Shown here: positions 8,267-16,739 of the stretch, in pieces
Layout of the letters: each line of letters starts with the position of its first letter
Position numbering within the stretch: the stretch's first letter is position 1
NCBI GenBank assembly: GCA_031372565.1
Contig: JANMLN010000062.1
Location: forward strand, 1-16,878
Reading direction: 5' to 3'
DNA from: Gemmatimonadota bacterium
Lineage (GTDB): Bacteria > Gemmatimonadota > Gemmatimonadetes > Gemmatimonadales > Gemmatimonadaceae
DNA length: 16,878 nt
Translations under genes and position numbers: made by a program
The notes under the pieces: generated by a model
The model's database searches: none
Told to the model about the DNA's origin: nothing
Seen by the model: only the letters and a program-made list of their open reading frames with translations

Positions 8267-8767
8267 ATGGCGCTCGTGGTGCACGTCGAGCCGCGTACCA
8301 AGGCGGCCCCCAAGGCGAAGTACCACTGGGATGCTGACACGGAGATCCTCGCGGTCGACATTGGCAAGGGGGCCGCGCTCGGCGGGCTCACCGGCGGCGT
8401 CGAACTCGAAGGACAGGACGGCTCCTGGCTCCTGCTCGACGCGGAGGCAGGCAATCTCCGCTCGATCGAAGTCGCCGTATGGCCCGAGGTGCGCACCAAC
8501 CCGTCGCTGACGCCGCCAGCCGGGTGTGACGAGGTCACGATCACCATACCGGCACGTCCCTCGCAGCCGGGCATCGCCTCGCTGGAGGTGTCCGCGAGTG
8601 TGCGCGCCGAGGCCGACGCGAAGGAGCAGGTCATCCACTTCGTGCTGCATCCCAGACGAACGCGCACCGTGCGTGTCGCCGATTCCGTGCTCTTCGATCT
8701 CTCCGAGCAGGGCGCCGTGACCGGCGTCTGGCTGTGCAACGTCCCCCCCTTCCCGGGTGCGAAATGA
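8267..8767 (+). CDS. Hypothetical protein, apparently two tandem DUF2283-like beta modules
   Basis: Starts 3 nt after the aspC stop and overlaps the next gene (ATGA). YHWDADTEILAVDI...LLLDAEAGNLRSIEV and ADAKEQVIHFVL...TVRVADSVLFDLSEQGAVTGVWL each resemble the DUF2283 pattern. Confidence 0.65.
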   Translation: MALVVHVEPRTKAAPKAKYHWDADTEILAVDIGKGAALGGLTGGVELEGQDGSWLLLDAEAGNLRSIEVAVWPEVRTNPSLTPPAGCDEVTITIPARPSQPGIASLEVSASVRAEADAKEQVIHFVLHPRRTRTVRVADSVLFDLSEQGAVTGVWLCNVPPFPGAK

Positions 8768-9042
8768 TCACCACCATCGTTCTCGTGAAGGCGCACCCAC
8801 GCAAGGTGCCCGACTGTGCGCGTGCGCTCGCCGGCATCGACGGCGTGCGCGAGGTCTACTCGGTGAGTGGTCCGTGGGACCTGGTCGTGATCGTGCGCGT
8901 GGCGCAGTACGAAGACATCGCGCGTGTCGTGACCGAGGAGTTTCCCAACGTGCCCGGGATCGAGCGCACGCAGACGCTCACCGCCTTCCGCGCCTACAGC
9001 AAGACTGATCTCGAGCAGGCGTGGGACATCGGGCTCGAGTAG
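8764..9042 (+). CDS. Stand-alone Lrp/AsnC ligand-binding (RAM) domain protein without HTH (92 aa)
   Basis: ATG at 8764 overlaps the previous stop. GVREVYSVSGPWDLVVIVRV and PGIERTQTL match the AsnC C-terminal domain. No N-terminal helix-turn-helix. Confidence 0.88.
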   Translation: MITTIVLVKAHPRKVPDCARALAGIDGVREVYSVSGPWDLVVIVRVAQYEDIARVVTEEFPNVPGIERTQTLTAFRAYSKTDLEQAWDIGLE

Positions 9043-9096
9043 CCACGCGATCGGTGAGCGGCGCTCGCCTCGCGTGAGCGCCGTCCGGGGGCGCGC

Positions 9097-10065
9097 GTGA
9101 ACCACTCGGCCGCGTTGGCGGCCGCCAGGCGTGCGCTGGGTGCCGTTCCGGGGGCAGTGGCCGCTCAGGCGGGCGGAGCGCCGCTCGACCTGCCACGAGA
9201 CGCCGGTGACGCGCCACGCCTCGATCGCGCGCCGATCCTCGAGGGCGGTGACGACGCACCACGCACCGTTCCGCCACTGCGTGGTTTCCTCACGCGCGCC
9301 TTCCTCGACGGCGTACAGCGCACGGATCGCGCCGGGTACCTCGGCGCCGCCGTGCCGATCGTGCTGGCCAGCTGCGCGGCGGTGGTGCGCGTGCGCGACG
9401 GCGACGGCCGCCTCCACACGTGGCCGCAGGGGATGGTGCGGCGTGATGCGTACTACGCGCCGCGCGCGCTCTTGTCCAACGAGGCAATCGCCGCCCTCGA
9501 AGCGACCGGGTTCGACGTGCGCGACACGATGCCAGACGCGGGCCGCGCGGCGCTCCACCCACTCTCGCTCGATCGCGCCGCACTGGACCAGGTCCGCACC
9601 GATCGGGCCCAGCTGGAGCGGGCCCTGGCCGACCGATGGACGCGCGAGGGAGACGGGTGGCTCTGGATCGACGGTCCGCTGCCCGGCGACGATGCCAGTC
9701 GTGCCGAGCACCTCTTTGGCGTGGTCAAGAGTCACCGCACCCTCTACGCCGACGGCGATCGGCTCGAGCCCCTGTTTGCCCTTCGTGCGGGCGAGCGGTC
9801 CCGCGTCTTCGCCCTCGAAGCGGCCACACGGGTGCGGGTGGCGAGCTGGTACCTGCGGCTCCGCGACAACGTGGGGCAGGGGCCGCTCTACGGGCTGGTG
9901 CGCATCGAGGCCGCGATCACCGCGGAGGCAGTGGGTACCCGTGCCGACCAGATCTCGGGCCTCGTCCTCGCCGAGCGGCAACCGCTGGCCCGGCCCGACC
10001 CTCGCTGGGATGTGATGGCCTACCCGATTCGTGACGCCGAGGTCGTGCTCAAGGCCCTCCTGTAG
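9097..10065 (+). CDS. nurA: NurA-family nuclease (RNase H-like fold)
   Basis: Acidic motifs AFLDGVQR and LWIDGPL, GVVKSH, SWYLRLR, GLVRIE, and C-terminal DPRW...YPIRDAE. Lies directly upstream of a HerA ATPase. Confidence 0.8.
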   Translation: MNHSAALAAARRALGAVPGAVAAQAGGAPLDLPRDAGDAPRLDRAPILEGGDDAPRTVPPLRGFLTRAFLDGVQRTDRAGYLGAAVPIVLASCAAVVRVRDGDGRLHTWPQGMVRRDAYYAPRALLSNEAIAALEATGFDVRDTMPDAGRAALHPLSLDRAALDQVRTDRAQLERALADRWTREGDGWLWIDGPLPGDDASRAEHLFGVVKSHRTLYADGDRLEPLFALRAGERSRVFALEAATRVRVASWYLRLRDNVGQGPLYGLVRIEAAITAEAVGTRADQISGLVLAERQPLARPDPRWDVMAYPIRDAEVVLKALL

Positions 10066-10090
10066 GGCGTCTCCCCTCGTGGTGGGGCGC

Positions 10091-10096
10091 TAGATT
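10091..10096 (+). promoter_or_regulatory. Putative -10 element (TAGATT) for a leaderless herA transcript
   Basis: TANNNT hexamer in an AT-rich patch ending 7 nt before ATG 10104. No convincing Shine-Dalgarno sequence in between. Confidence 0.4.
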
Positions 10097-10103
10097 TTCC
10101 GGA

Positions 10104-12074
10104 ATGAGCGCCCCCGCCGAGGCGATGGGACCGCTGGGTCGCGTGGTCGCGACCGAGAAGCGGCCAAGCACCCCGCACGAGTTCCACTTCTGGACCGCGC
10201 TCGACGCGCCGGTCGGGATCGGGACGATCGTGCGCGTCGCCGCGACCCATGCGGTCAGCGGCCAACTGCCGGTGGTCTACGGCGTGGTCACCGGCGCGCT
10301 GGCGTGGAGCGACATGGCGTCGCCCCTCGACGACGTGCTCGGCTTCGATGGCGTACCAGGCGCGGTCGCGCAGGCGCCGACGCGGCGTGCCGAGATCCGG
10401 CTGTATACCGCTGCCGTGTTGCGACAGCTGCCCGAAGAGCCGCTGCAGCCCGTCTCGCTCGGCGAGGTCTTCGAGGCCACGGCCGACGACGTGTCGATCG
10501 CGCTGCGCATGGACGGGTATCTGCGCGAGGGCGCGCGCACGGGCATTCCGATCGGCGTGTACCGTGCGGGCGGCACGCGCGCCCCGGTGTGGCTCGACGC
10601 GGATTTCCTCGTAGGCCCCGAAGCGGCACACGTGAACCTGACGGGCATTTCGGGGCTCGCAACCAAGACGAGTGCGGTCGAGTGGTTGATGGGTTCGTTG
10701 TTCGCGCACTTCCCGCAGGACAAGGGCGGGATCGCGGCGGTCTGCTTCAACGTGAAGGGTCCCGACCTGCTCTTCCTCGACCAACCAGGGGAACTGGGCG
10801 ACGACGACCGCGCGATGTACGCCGAGCTGGGCGTGCCGGCCGAACCGTTCCAGCACGTGACGTACTTCGCGCCGTACGGCCCCAAGCGCACCGCGCTCGC
10901 CACGCTGCGCACCAACGAGGCACTGCAGGACAACGTGCAGCCGCTGTCGTGGGGGCTCAAGGAGGTGCTGCAGTTCGCGGAGGTGCTGCTCAATCGCGAC
11001 GACGTGGACGCGAAGGCGGACGCGCTCATCGACTTCATTCGCGAGCGCGTCGTCGAGCAGGTGATGGAAGACCGCGCGCTCTCGCGGCCGCACACGGTGC
11101 GCTCGTTCGCCGACCTCGAGGCGTGGTTCAAGGATCTGCTCAAGGGGTTGGAGGCGGCGAACCAGGACAGCTGGCGCACGCATCACATTGCGACGATCCG
11201 CAAGATCCGCAATCGGCTGGGGAACATCGCGCTGCGCTGCGCCGGACTGGTTGCGGACGAGGGCGAGGCAGCCGACCTGCCGTGGAATGCCTTTGGTGAT
11301 CGGCACGTGTACGTGGTCGACGTGGCCAATCTCGAGGACGACGCGCAGGACCTGATCTTCGCGCGCGTCATCAGCAAGCTGCGCGAACAGTTGGAGCGCG
11401 GTGAGCTGGGGGTCAAGCAGGTGGTGGTGTTCGTGGACGAGCTCAATCGCTACGCCGCCGCTGACGGGCCGGACACGTATGTGCGGCGCATGCTCCTCGA
11501 CATTGCCGAGCGCGGGCGCTACCTCGGCCTCGTGCTGGCCAGCGCGCAGCAGTTCCGTTCGCAGGTGCACCGCCGGATCGTGGGCAACGCGGCCACGTCG
11601 CTGTACGGGCGGATGGACGGTGAAGAGCTGGCGACGCCGGGCTATCAGGTGCTGGCCCCGGCCATCAAGACGCGCCTCAGCACGCTCGACAAGGGGCAGC
11701 TCATGGTGCGGCATCCGCACTTCGCGCAGCCGGTGTTCGTCCGCTTCCCGCGGCCGGCCGTGATGCGCGGGCGCGACGGCATCGCCGCCTTCCCGCCGGT
11801 GGCCGATGCCGGCCTCGAGGAAGCGCTCGTGCGCACGCTGCGGCGGCTCGATGCACGCGTGAGCCTCCAGTGGGCACAGGATCTCGCCGCGCTGCACGAC
11901 GAGAAGGAGCTGCTGGCGATTCGCGACGCCGCGCTGCGCGACCGGACCCCTGATGTCGCCGCCTTCTTTGCGGCGCGCCTCCGCCGAGCGGCGCCCGTGC
12001 GCGATGCGTCCGCGAAGCCCAAGGGGCCGCGCCCGGTGCGGCTCGTGCCCGACGACGACCCGTACGGCGGCTGA
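10104..12074 (+). CDS. herA: HerA/FtsK-superfamily ATPase (HerA helicase/translocase)
   Basis: N-terminal HAS-barrel-like region (LGRVVATE...GIGTIVRV...VYGVV), variant Walker A HVNLTGISGLATKTS, FNVKG, Walker B VVVFVDE, arginine finger ERGRYLG, and motif SAQQ. Confidence 0.9.
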   Translation: MSAPAEAMGPLGRVVATEKRPSTPHEFHFWTALDAPVGIGTIVRVAATHAVSGQLPVVYGVVTGALAWSDMASPLDDVLGFDGVPGAVAQAPTRRAEIRLYTAAVLRQLPEEPLQPVSLGEVFEATADDVSIALRMDGYLREGARTGIPIGVYRAGGTRAPVWLDADFLVGPEAAHVNLTGISGLATKTSAVEWLMGSLFAHFPQDKGGIAAVCFNVKGPDLLFLDQPGELGDDDRAMYAELGVPAEPFQHVTYFAPYGPKRTALATLRTNEALQDNVQPLSWGLKEVLQFAEVLLNRDDVDAKADALIDFIRERVVEQVMEDRALSRPHTVRSFADLEAWFKDLLKGLEAANQDSWRTHHIATIRKIRNRLGNIALRCAGLVADEGEAADLPWNAFGDRHVYVVDVANLEDDAQDLIFARVISKLREQLERGELGVKQVVVFVDELNRYAAADGPDTYVRRMLLDIAERGRYLGLVLASAQQFRSQVHRRIVGNAATSLYGRMDGEELATPGYQVLAPAIKTRLSTLDKGQLMVRHPHFAQPVFVRFPRPAVMRGRDGIAAFPPVADAGLEEALVRTLRRLDARVSLQWAQDLAALHDEKELLAIRDAALRDRTPDVAAFFAARLRRAAPVRDASAKPKGPRPVRLVPDDDPYGG

Positions 12075-13273
12075 TGCGTCTCGTTCACCTGGCCGATCTG
12101 CACCTCGGCTTTCGTCAGTTCCAGCGCGTCACGCCGACGGGCGTCAACCAGCGCGAAGCCGACGTGGCGCTGGCCTTCACGCGCGCGATCGACAAGACCA
12201 TCGCGCTCGCTCCCGACCTCGTGCTCGTGGCCGGCGATGTCTTTCACACCGTGCGCCCGACCAACACCGCCATCCTGCACACGGTACGGCAGGTGCAGCG
12301 GCTGGTGCAGGCGCTGCCGCACGCGCCTGTCGTGATGATCGCCGGCAATCACGATGCGCCACGGTCGAGCGACACGGTGTGCATCCTCACGCTGCTGGCG
12401 CAGTTCGGCGTGACGGTCGTGCATCGCGGCACCGAGCGGGTCGCCTTTCCCGAACACGGGCTGTCGGTGCTCTGCGTGCCGGATGTGCCGCAGGCGGAGC
12501 GGGTGCGGCTCGAGCCCGATCCTGACGCGCGCTTCAACGTGTTGCTGCTGCACGGCGAAGTGCGCGGCGTCATGCCCGGGCACGGCGACGGGACGGATCG
12601 CGCGACCGAGGTGTATGAGGCGGGCGACTTCAGCGCGGCCTGGGATTACGTCGCGCTCGGGCACTACCACGTGTACACGCGCGTCGCGGACAAGGCGTAC
12701 TACGCCGGCGCGCTCGAGTACACGAGCCCGAATGCGTGGGGCGAGCTCCGCGAGGAACGGCGGCAGAAGCTGCCCGGCAAGGGGATCGTCGAGCATGATC
12801 TCGCCACGGGCAAGCACAAGTTCCATCCGATCGAGCCGCCCCGGCGCGTGATCGATCTCGAGCCCGTCTCGGCGCGCGGGCAGAACGCCGAGGCCGTCGA
12901 CACGCTCGTCCGGCAGGCCATCGACCGCGCGCCCGGCGGCATCGACGACAAGGTGGTCCGTCTCGTGGTGCAGGACCTGCCACGCCACGTGGCGCGCGAA
13001 CTCGACTACAAGCAGATCCGGGACTTCAGTCGGCGCGCGCTCCACTTCCAGCTCGACGCGCGTCGCCCGGAACTGCTGCGTACCGGCGAGGCCAGTTCTG
13101 GCGCGCCGGGACGTCGACCCTCGCTCGCCGAAACGCTGCGTGACCGGCTGCTCGCGCGCTCGCTCGAAGTCGGCACCGATCGCGAACGACTCGTGGCCCT
13201 CGGTCTCGAGTACCTGCGGCAGGCCGACGAGATCGCGACGCCGACCGCAGTGGATGGCGAGGAGGTGGGATGA
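12074..13273 (+). CDS. sbcD: Mre11/SbcD metallophosphoesterase nuclease
   Basis: All five phosphoesterase motifs present: HLADLHLG, VAGDVFH, IAGNHD, LLHG, ALGHYH, plus YAGALE. Start overlaps the herA stop (TGATG). Confidence 0.93.
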   Translation: MRLVHLADLHLGFRQFQRVTPTGVNQREADVALAFTRAIDKTIALAPDLVLVAGDVFHTVRPTNTAILHTVRQVQRLVQALPHAPVVMIAGNHDAPRSSDTVCILTLLAQFGVTVVHRGTERVAFPEHGLSVLCVPDVPQAERVRLEPDPDARFNVLLLHGEVRGVMPGHGDGTDRATEVYEAGDFSAAWDYVALGHYHVYTRVADKAYYAGALEYTSPNAWGELREERRQKLPGKGIVEHDLATGKHKFHPIEPPRRVIDLEPVSARGQNAEAVDTLVRQAIDRAPGGIDDKVVRLVVQDLPRHVARELDYKQIRDFSRRALHFQLDARRPELLRTGEASSGAPGRRPSLAETLRDRLLARSLEVGTDRERLVALGLEYLRQADEIATPTAVDGEEVG

Positions 13274-15714
13274 GACTCTCGCGGCTCCGCCTCCAGAACT
13301 TCCGCCAGCATGCGGACTCCACCCTCGACTTCGACGACGGGCTCACGGGCATCATTGGCCCCAATGGCGCGGGCAAGAGCACGATTCTCGAGGCCATCGC
13401 CTGGGCGCTCTACGGCAACGCGGCTGCGCGCGGCACGCGCGACTCGATCCGCTTCTCGCGCGCGGCGCCACGCCAGCCCGTACGCGTTGAACTCGACTTC
13501 GATCTCGCGGGGCAGCGCTATCGGGTGGCCCGTGGCCTGACGAGCGCCGAGCTCTTTCTCGACGGCGCCGAGATCCCGATCGCGAACTCCATCACCACGG
13601 TCAACGAGATCATCCAGCGGCGACTCGGGATGACGCGGGCCGAGTTCTTCAACACGTACTTCACGGGACAGAAGGAACTCGCCGTGATGGCGGCCATGGG
13701 GCCGACCGAACGGGCGCAGTTCCTGTCGCGCGTGCTCGGCTACGAGCGGTTGCGTGCCGCACAGGGACTCGTGCGCGAACGCCGCAAGCTCGTGGTGGCC
13801 GAGATTGCCGGGCTGCGCTCCGGGATGCCCGATCCCGCCATGATCGAGGCCGAAGTGGCGGACGCGGACGCGCGACGGGTTGCCGCCGAGCAGCAGGCGC
13901 AGCGGGCCGAGATGGAGCACGCGCGGCTCGCCGAGGACGTGGCGGCCCTCGCGCCCGACTGGGAACGCGCACAGTCCGAGCGCACGCGCGTGGCCGAGCT
14001 CGCCGCCGAGTTGCGGGTGGCCCAAGGCGATGTGGCCGCGTTGGAGCGCGAACTGACCCGCCTCGACCGCGACCTGGCCGAGATCGCGATCGCGCGCGCG
14101 GAGCTCGACGCGCTCGCGGCGCAGTTGTCGCCACTCGGCGATCTGATGGCGGAGTTCGATCGGCTCGAAGGACTGGCGCGTGAGGAAGGCCGTCGTCAGG
14201 CGCTCGCCGAGACGGTCCGGTCGGTCGACGACGAACTGGTCCGGATGCAGGAACGGTTGACCCGGCTCGAGAGCGCGCCCACGCTCGAGGAAGAGGTGAC
14301 CCTGCAACTGGAGCAGAAGCGGCGCGAAGCCGAAGACGCGCGCGGTGTGCACGATCGCGCGCGCGATGCGTGGGTGCGCGACAAGCAGGAGGCCGACACG
14401 CGGCGGAGTGCGTTGCAGCAGCAGTGGCGCGAGCTCAAGGAGCAGCGCGAGCAGCTCATCGACCTCGGTGAGGAAGGCACCTGTCCGACCTGTCAGCGAC
14501 CACTCGGCACGCACTTTCGGTCGGTGCTCGATCTGCTCAACGGACAGCTCGAGACGGTCACCGTGGACGGCAAGTACTATTTCGGGCGTCTCGAGCAGCT
14601 TGAGGCACCACCGGAAGCGGTGCGCGTGCTCGATGAGCAGCGCAAGTCGCTCGCGAACCAGGCCGGAGCGCTGGAGAAGCGGCTGGCCAAGGTGCAGAGC
14701 GCCGTGCAGGAACTCGCGCAGCTGACCCGCGAGGTCGCCGCCAAGACAGAGCGGCGCCGCCAGCTGGAGGCCGAACTTGCCGCCATTCCGGTCGGATACG
14801 ACGCCGAGCGACACGCGGTGGTCCGGTCGGAGAAGGAGCGGCTCGCGCCTCTCGATGCACTCGCAGCGCGTCTCGGCGCGAGGACGGATCGCGAGCCGCA
14901 GGTCACGCGCGAGCGCGAGCGGGTGCTCGGCCCGCTCGAGGCAGGCCGGATCGCGGTCGCGTCGCTGGTGGCGGGGCAGGCGGCCGCCGTGTTGCCCGAG
15001 GTCGAGTTCGCGGCGCTGCGGGCGCGCTACGACGGCGCGATCGCGAGCACGCGCGCTGCCGAGATGTCGGCGGTCCAGGCGCGGGGGGCAGCGGAAACCG
15101 CGCGCGCGGCGTCGGAGCGGGCAGCGGCCGCGCTGGCCGAATTGGCTGCGACGCAGGAGAAGCTCGACGTGCTGCAACACGACCGACGACTGCACGAGGC
15201 GCTCGACCGCGCCTTCTCCGACCTGCGGACCGATCTCAACGCGCAGTTGCGCCCGGAACTCTCCGAGATCGCGAGCGGTTTCCTGTCGGATCTCACGGAT
15301 GGGCGCTACGCGGAGCTCGAGCTGAACGAGGATTATGCCGTCACGGTGCTCGAGGAAGGGGTGCCCAAGCCGGTCATCTCCGGCGGCGAGGAAGACATCG
15401 CCAACCTGGTGCTGCGGCTGGCGATCTCGCAGATGATTGCCGAGCGATCGGGCCAGAGTTTCTCGCTGCTCATTCTCGACGAAGTGTTCGGGTCGCTCGA
15501 CGATACCCGGCGGTTGCACGTGCTGGGCCTGCTGCGGCGGCTCCACGACCGGTTCGCGCAGGTCATCGTGATCACGCACATTGAGGCGGTGCGCGACGGG
15601 CTCGACCGCGTGCTGGAAGTGCGCTTCGACGAGGAGAAGGGGGCGGCAACGGTGACGACAGGGTCAGGGGGCGCGCTCGCGCTCGTGGTGGCCGGCGCGG
15701 AGGAGGTGGCGTGA
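13270..15714 (+). CDS. sbcC: Rad50/SbcC SMC-like ATPase
   Basis: Walker A GPNGAGKST, Q-loop FTGQ, long coiled coils, central zinc hook CPTC (14482-14493, aa 405-408 of 814), signature ISGGE, Walker B/D-loop LILDEVFGSLD, H-loop ITH. ATGA overlap with sbcD. Confidence 0.95.
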   Translation: MRLSRLRLQNFRQHADSTLDFDDGLTGIIGPNGAGKSTILEAIAWALYGNAAARGTRDSIRFSRAAPRQPVRVELDFDLAGQRYRVARGLTSAELFLDGAEIPIANSITTVNEIIQRRLGMTRAEFFNTYFTGQKELAVMAAMGPTERAQFLSRVLGYERLRAAQGLVRERRKLVVAEIAGLRSGMPDPAMIEAEVADADARRVAAEQQAQRAEMEHARLAEDVAALAPDWERAQSERTRVAELAAELRVAQGDVAALERELTRLDRDLAEIAIARAELDALAAQLSPLGDLMAEFDRLEGLAREEGRRQALAETVRSVDDELVRMQERLTRLESAPTLEEEVTLQLEQKRREAEDARGVHDRARDAWVRDKQEADTRRSALQQQWRELKEQREQLIDLGEEGTCPTCQRPLGTHFRSVLDLLNGQLETVTVDGKYYFGRLEQLEAPPEAVRVLDEQRKSLANQAGALEKRLAKVQSAVQELAQLTREVAAKTERRRQLEAELAAIPVGYDAERHAVVRSEKERLAPLDALAARLGARTDREPQVTRERERVLGPLEAGRIAVASLVAGQAAAVLPEVEFAALRARYDGAIASTRAAEMSAVQARGAAETARAASERAAAALAELAATQEKLDVLQHDRRLHEALDRAFSDLRTDLNAQLRPELSEIASGFLSDLTDGRYAELELNEDYAVTVLEEGVPKPVISGGEEDIANLVLRLAISQMIAERSGQSFSLLILDEVFGSLDDTRRLHVLGLLRRLHDRFAQVIVITHIEAVRDGLDRVLEVRFDEEKGAATVTTGSGGALALVVAGAEEVA

Positions 15715-16682
15715 TGGCCACGCGTCCCGTCCGCGGCCGGATGGCCGATGGCCCGCATCCGATCACCATCGCCGATATCGCACCGCTCAATCAGGTCTTC
15801 AGCGATGCCTTCACGGAGCGCTACCGCCGCGACGGCATGGTCGGGGTGCGTGTGCCCTTCCTGAATCCGCTCATCTGGCGCTACGCCATCGAGGACGCGG
15901 GGACCGGCGCGATGCTCTGGCGTGACGAGCGCGGCGAGATTGCCGCCTTCAACGTGGCGCACATGTCCGGCACCGAAGGGTGGATGGGCCCGCTCGCCGC
16001 GCGACCGGATCTGCAGGGCGCCGGCATCGGCAAGCAGATCGTGACCGCCGGTGTGGAGTGGCTCCGGGCGCATGGGGCCACGACCATCGGGCTGGAGACG
16101 ATGCCGCGCACGCTCGACAACATCGGCTTCTATGCCCGGCTCGGGTTCACCCCGGGAGGTTTGACGCTGACGTTGACGCTCGAGGCGCAGGCGGCCGAGC
16201 GGTCACCGCTGCTGTTGGGGGCACTCACGCCCACCGATCGCGCGGCGATGATCGTGGCGTGTCGCGAGCTCGCGCAGCGCGTGCTGCCCGGCTACGACTT
16301 CACGCGCGAGATCGAGCTCACCGACCAACTCGCGGCCGGGGACACGGTGCTCCTGTGGAGGGACGGGGCCCTGGCCGGCTATGCCCTGTGCCACACCGCG
16401 CCACTGGTGGAAGGTCGCGCGCGCGAGGAGCTGCGCGTGCTGAAGCTCGTGTTGGCGGATGAAGCGGACGTCGGGCGCATGGGGCTCGTGCTCGCCGACT
16501 ATGCGCGGCGGAGCGGGGCGCGACGGGTCGCGTTGCGTGTGCAGGGGAGCTATCCCGGCGTCTTTCGCGCGTTGGTGGCGCAGGGAGCGCGGGTGCGCTG
16601 GAGCGATCTCCGCATGACGCTGGATGGATCGCCGGAGCCACATCCGGATCAGGGCGTCCTGCTGAGCAACTGGGAGATCTAG
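15711..16682 (+). CDS. GNAT-family N-acetyltransferase, probably tandem GNAT
   Basis: Acetyl-CoA motif GPLAARPDLQGAGIGKQI and NIGFYARLGF. The second half (LAGYALCH...LRVLKL...GARRVALR) resembles a degenerate GNAT. Start (GTG 15711 or ATG 15714) overlaps the sbcC stop. Confidence 0.88.
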   Translation: MMATRPVRGRMADGPHPITIADIAPLNQVFSDAFTERYRRDGMVGVRVPFLNPLIWRYAIEDAGTGAMLWRDERGEIAAFNVAHMSGTEGWMGPLAARPDLQGAGIGKQIVTAGVEWLRAHGATTIGLETMPRTLDNIGFYARLGFTPGGLTLTLTLEAQAAERSPLLLGALTPTDRAAMIVACRELAQRVLPGYDFTREIELTDQLAAGDTVLLWRDGALAGYALCHTAPLVEGRAREELRVLKLVLADEADVGRMGLVLADYARRSGARRVALRVQGSYPGVFRALVAQGARVRWSDLRMTLDGSPEPHPDQGVLLSNWEI

Positions 16683-16683
16683 C

Positions 16684-16739
16684 GTCGTCCTGAGCGGAGC
16701 GAAGGACCTGCCTTTACGAAGCGGAACGGGACAAGCAGG
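16684..16739. repeat. REP-like palindromic element; second arm apparently truncated
   Basis: GTCGTCCTGAGCGGAGCGAAGGACCTGC resembles the widespread GTCATCCTGAGCG-AGCGAAGGA-CT intergenic repeat and has an internal GTCCT/AGGAC stem. AAGCAGG at 16733-16739 starts the complementary arm. Confidence 0.65.

Noticed and set aside
9055..9081. Short GCGCTC/GAGCGC inverted repeat before nurA
   Set aside because: Short stem with no U-tract, likely by chance at this GC content.
10020..15579. Long minus-strand ORFs (10020..11897, 11645..13045, 13006..15579; likewise 1029..2297 and 6989..8650)
   Set aside because: Antisense to well-supported genes, with no recognisable motifs. Expected from GC-rich codon bias.
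9097..15714. Anti-phage/anti-plasmid system reading (Sir2-HerA, DUF4297-HerA, Lamassu, Wadjet)
   Set aside because: The partners are NurA- and Mre11-type nucleases and a zinc-hook Rad50. No Sir2, kleisin/KITE, Toprim or other effector is present, and the context is housekeeping. A secondary defence role cannot be excluded.
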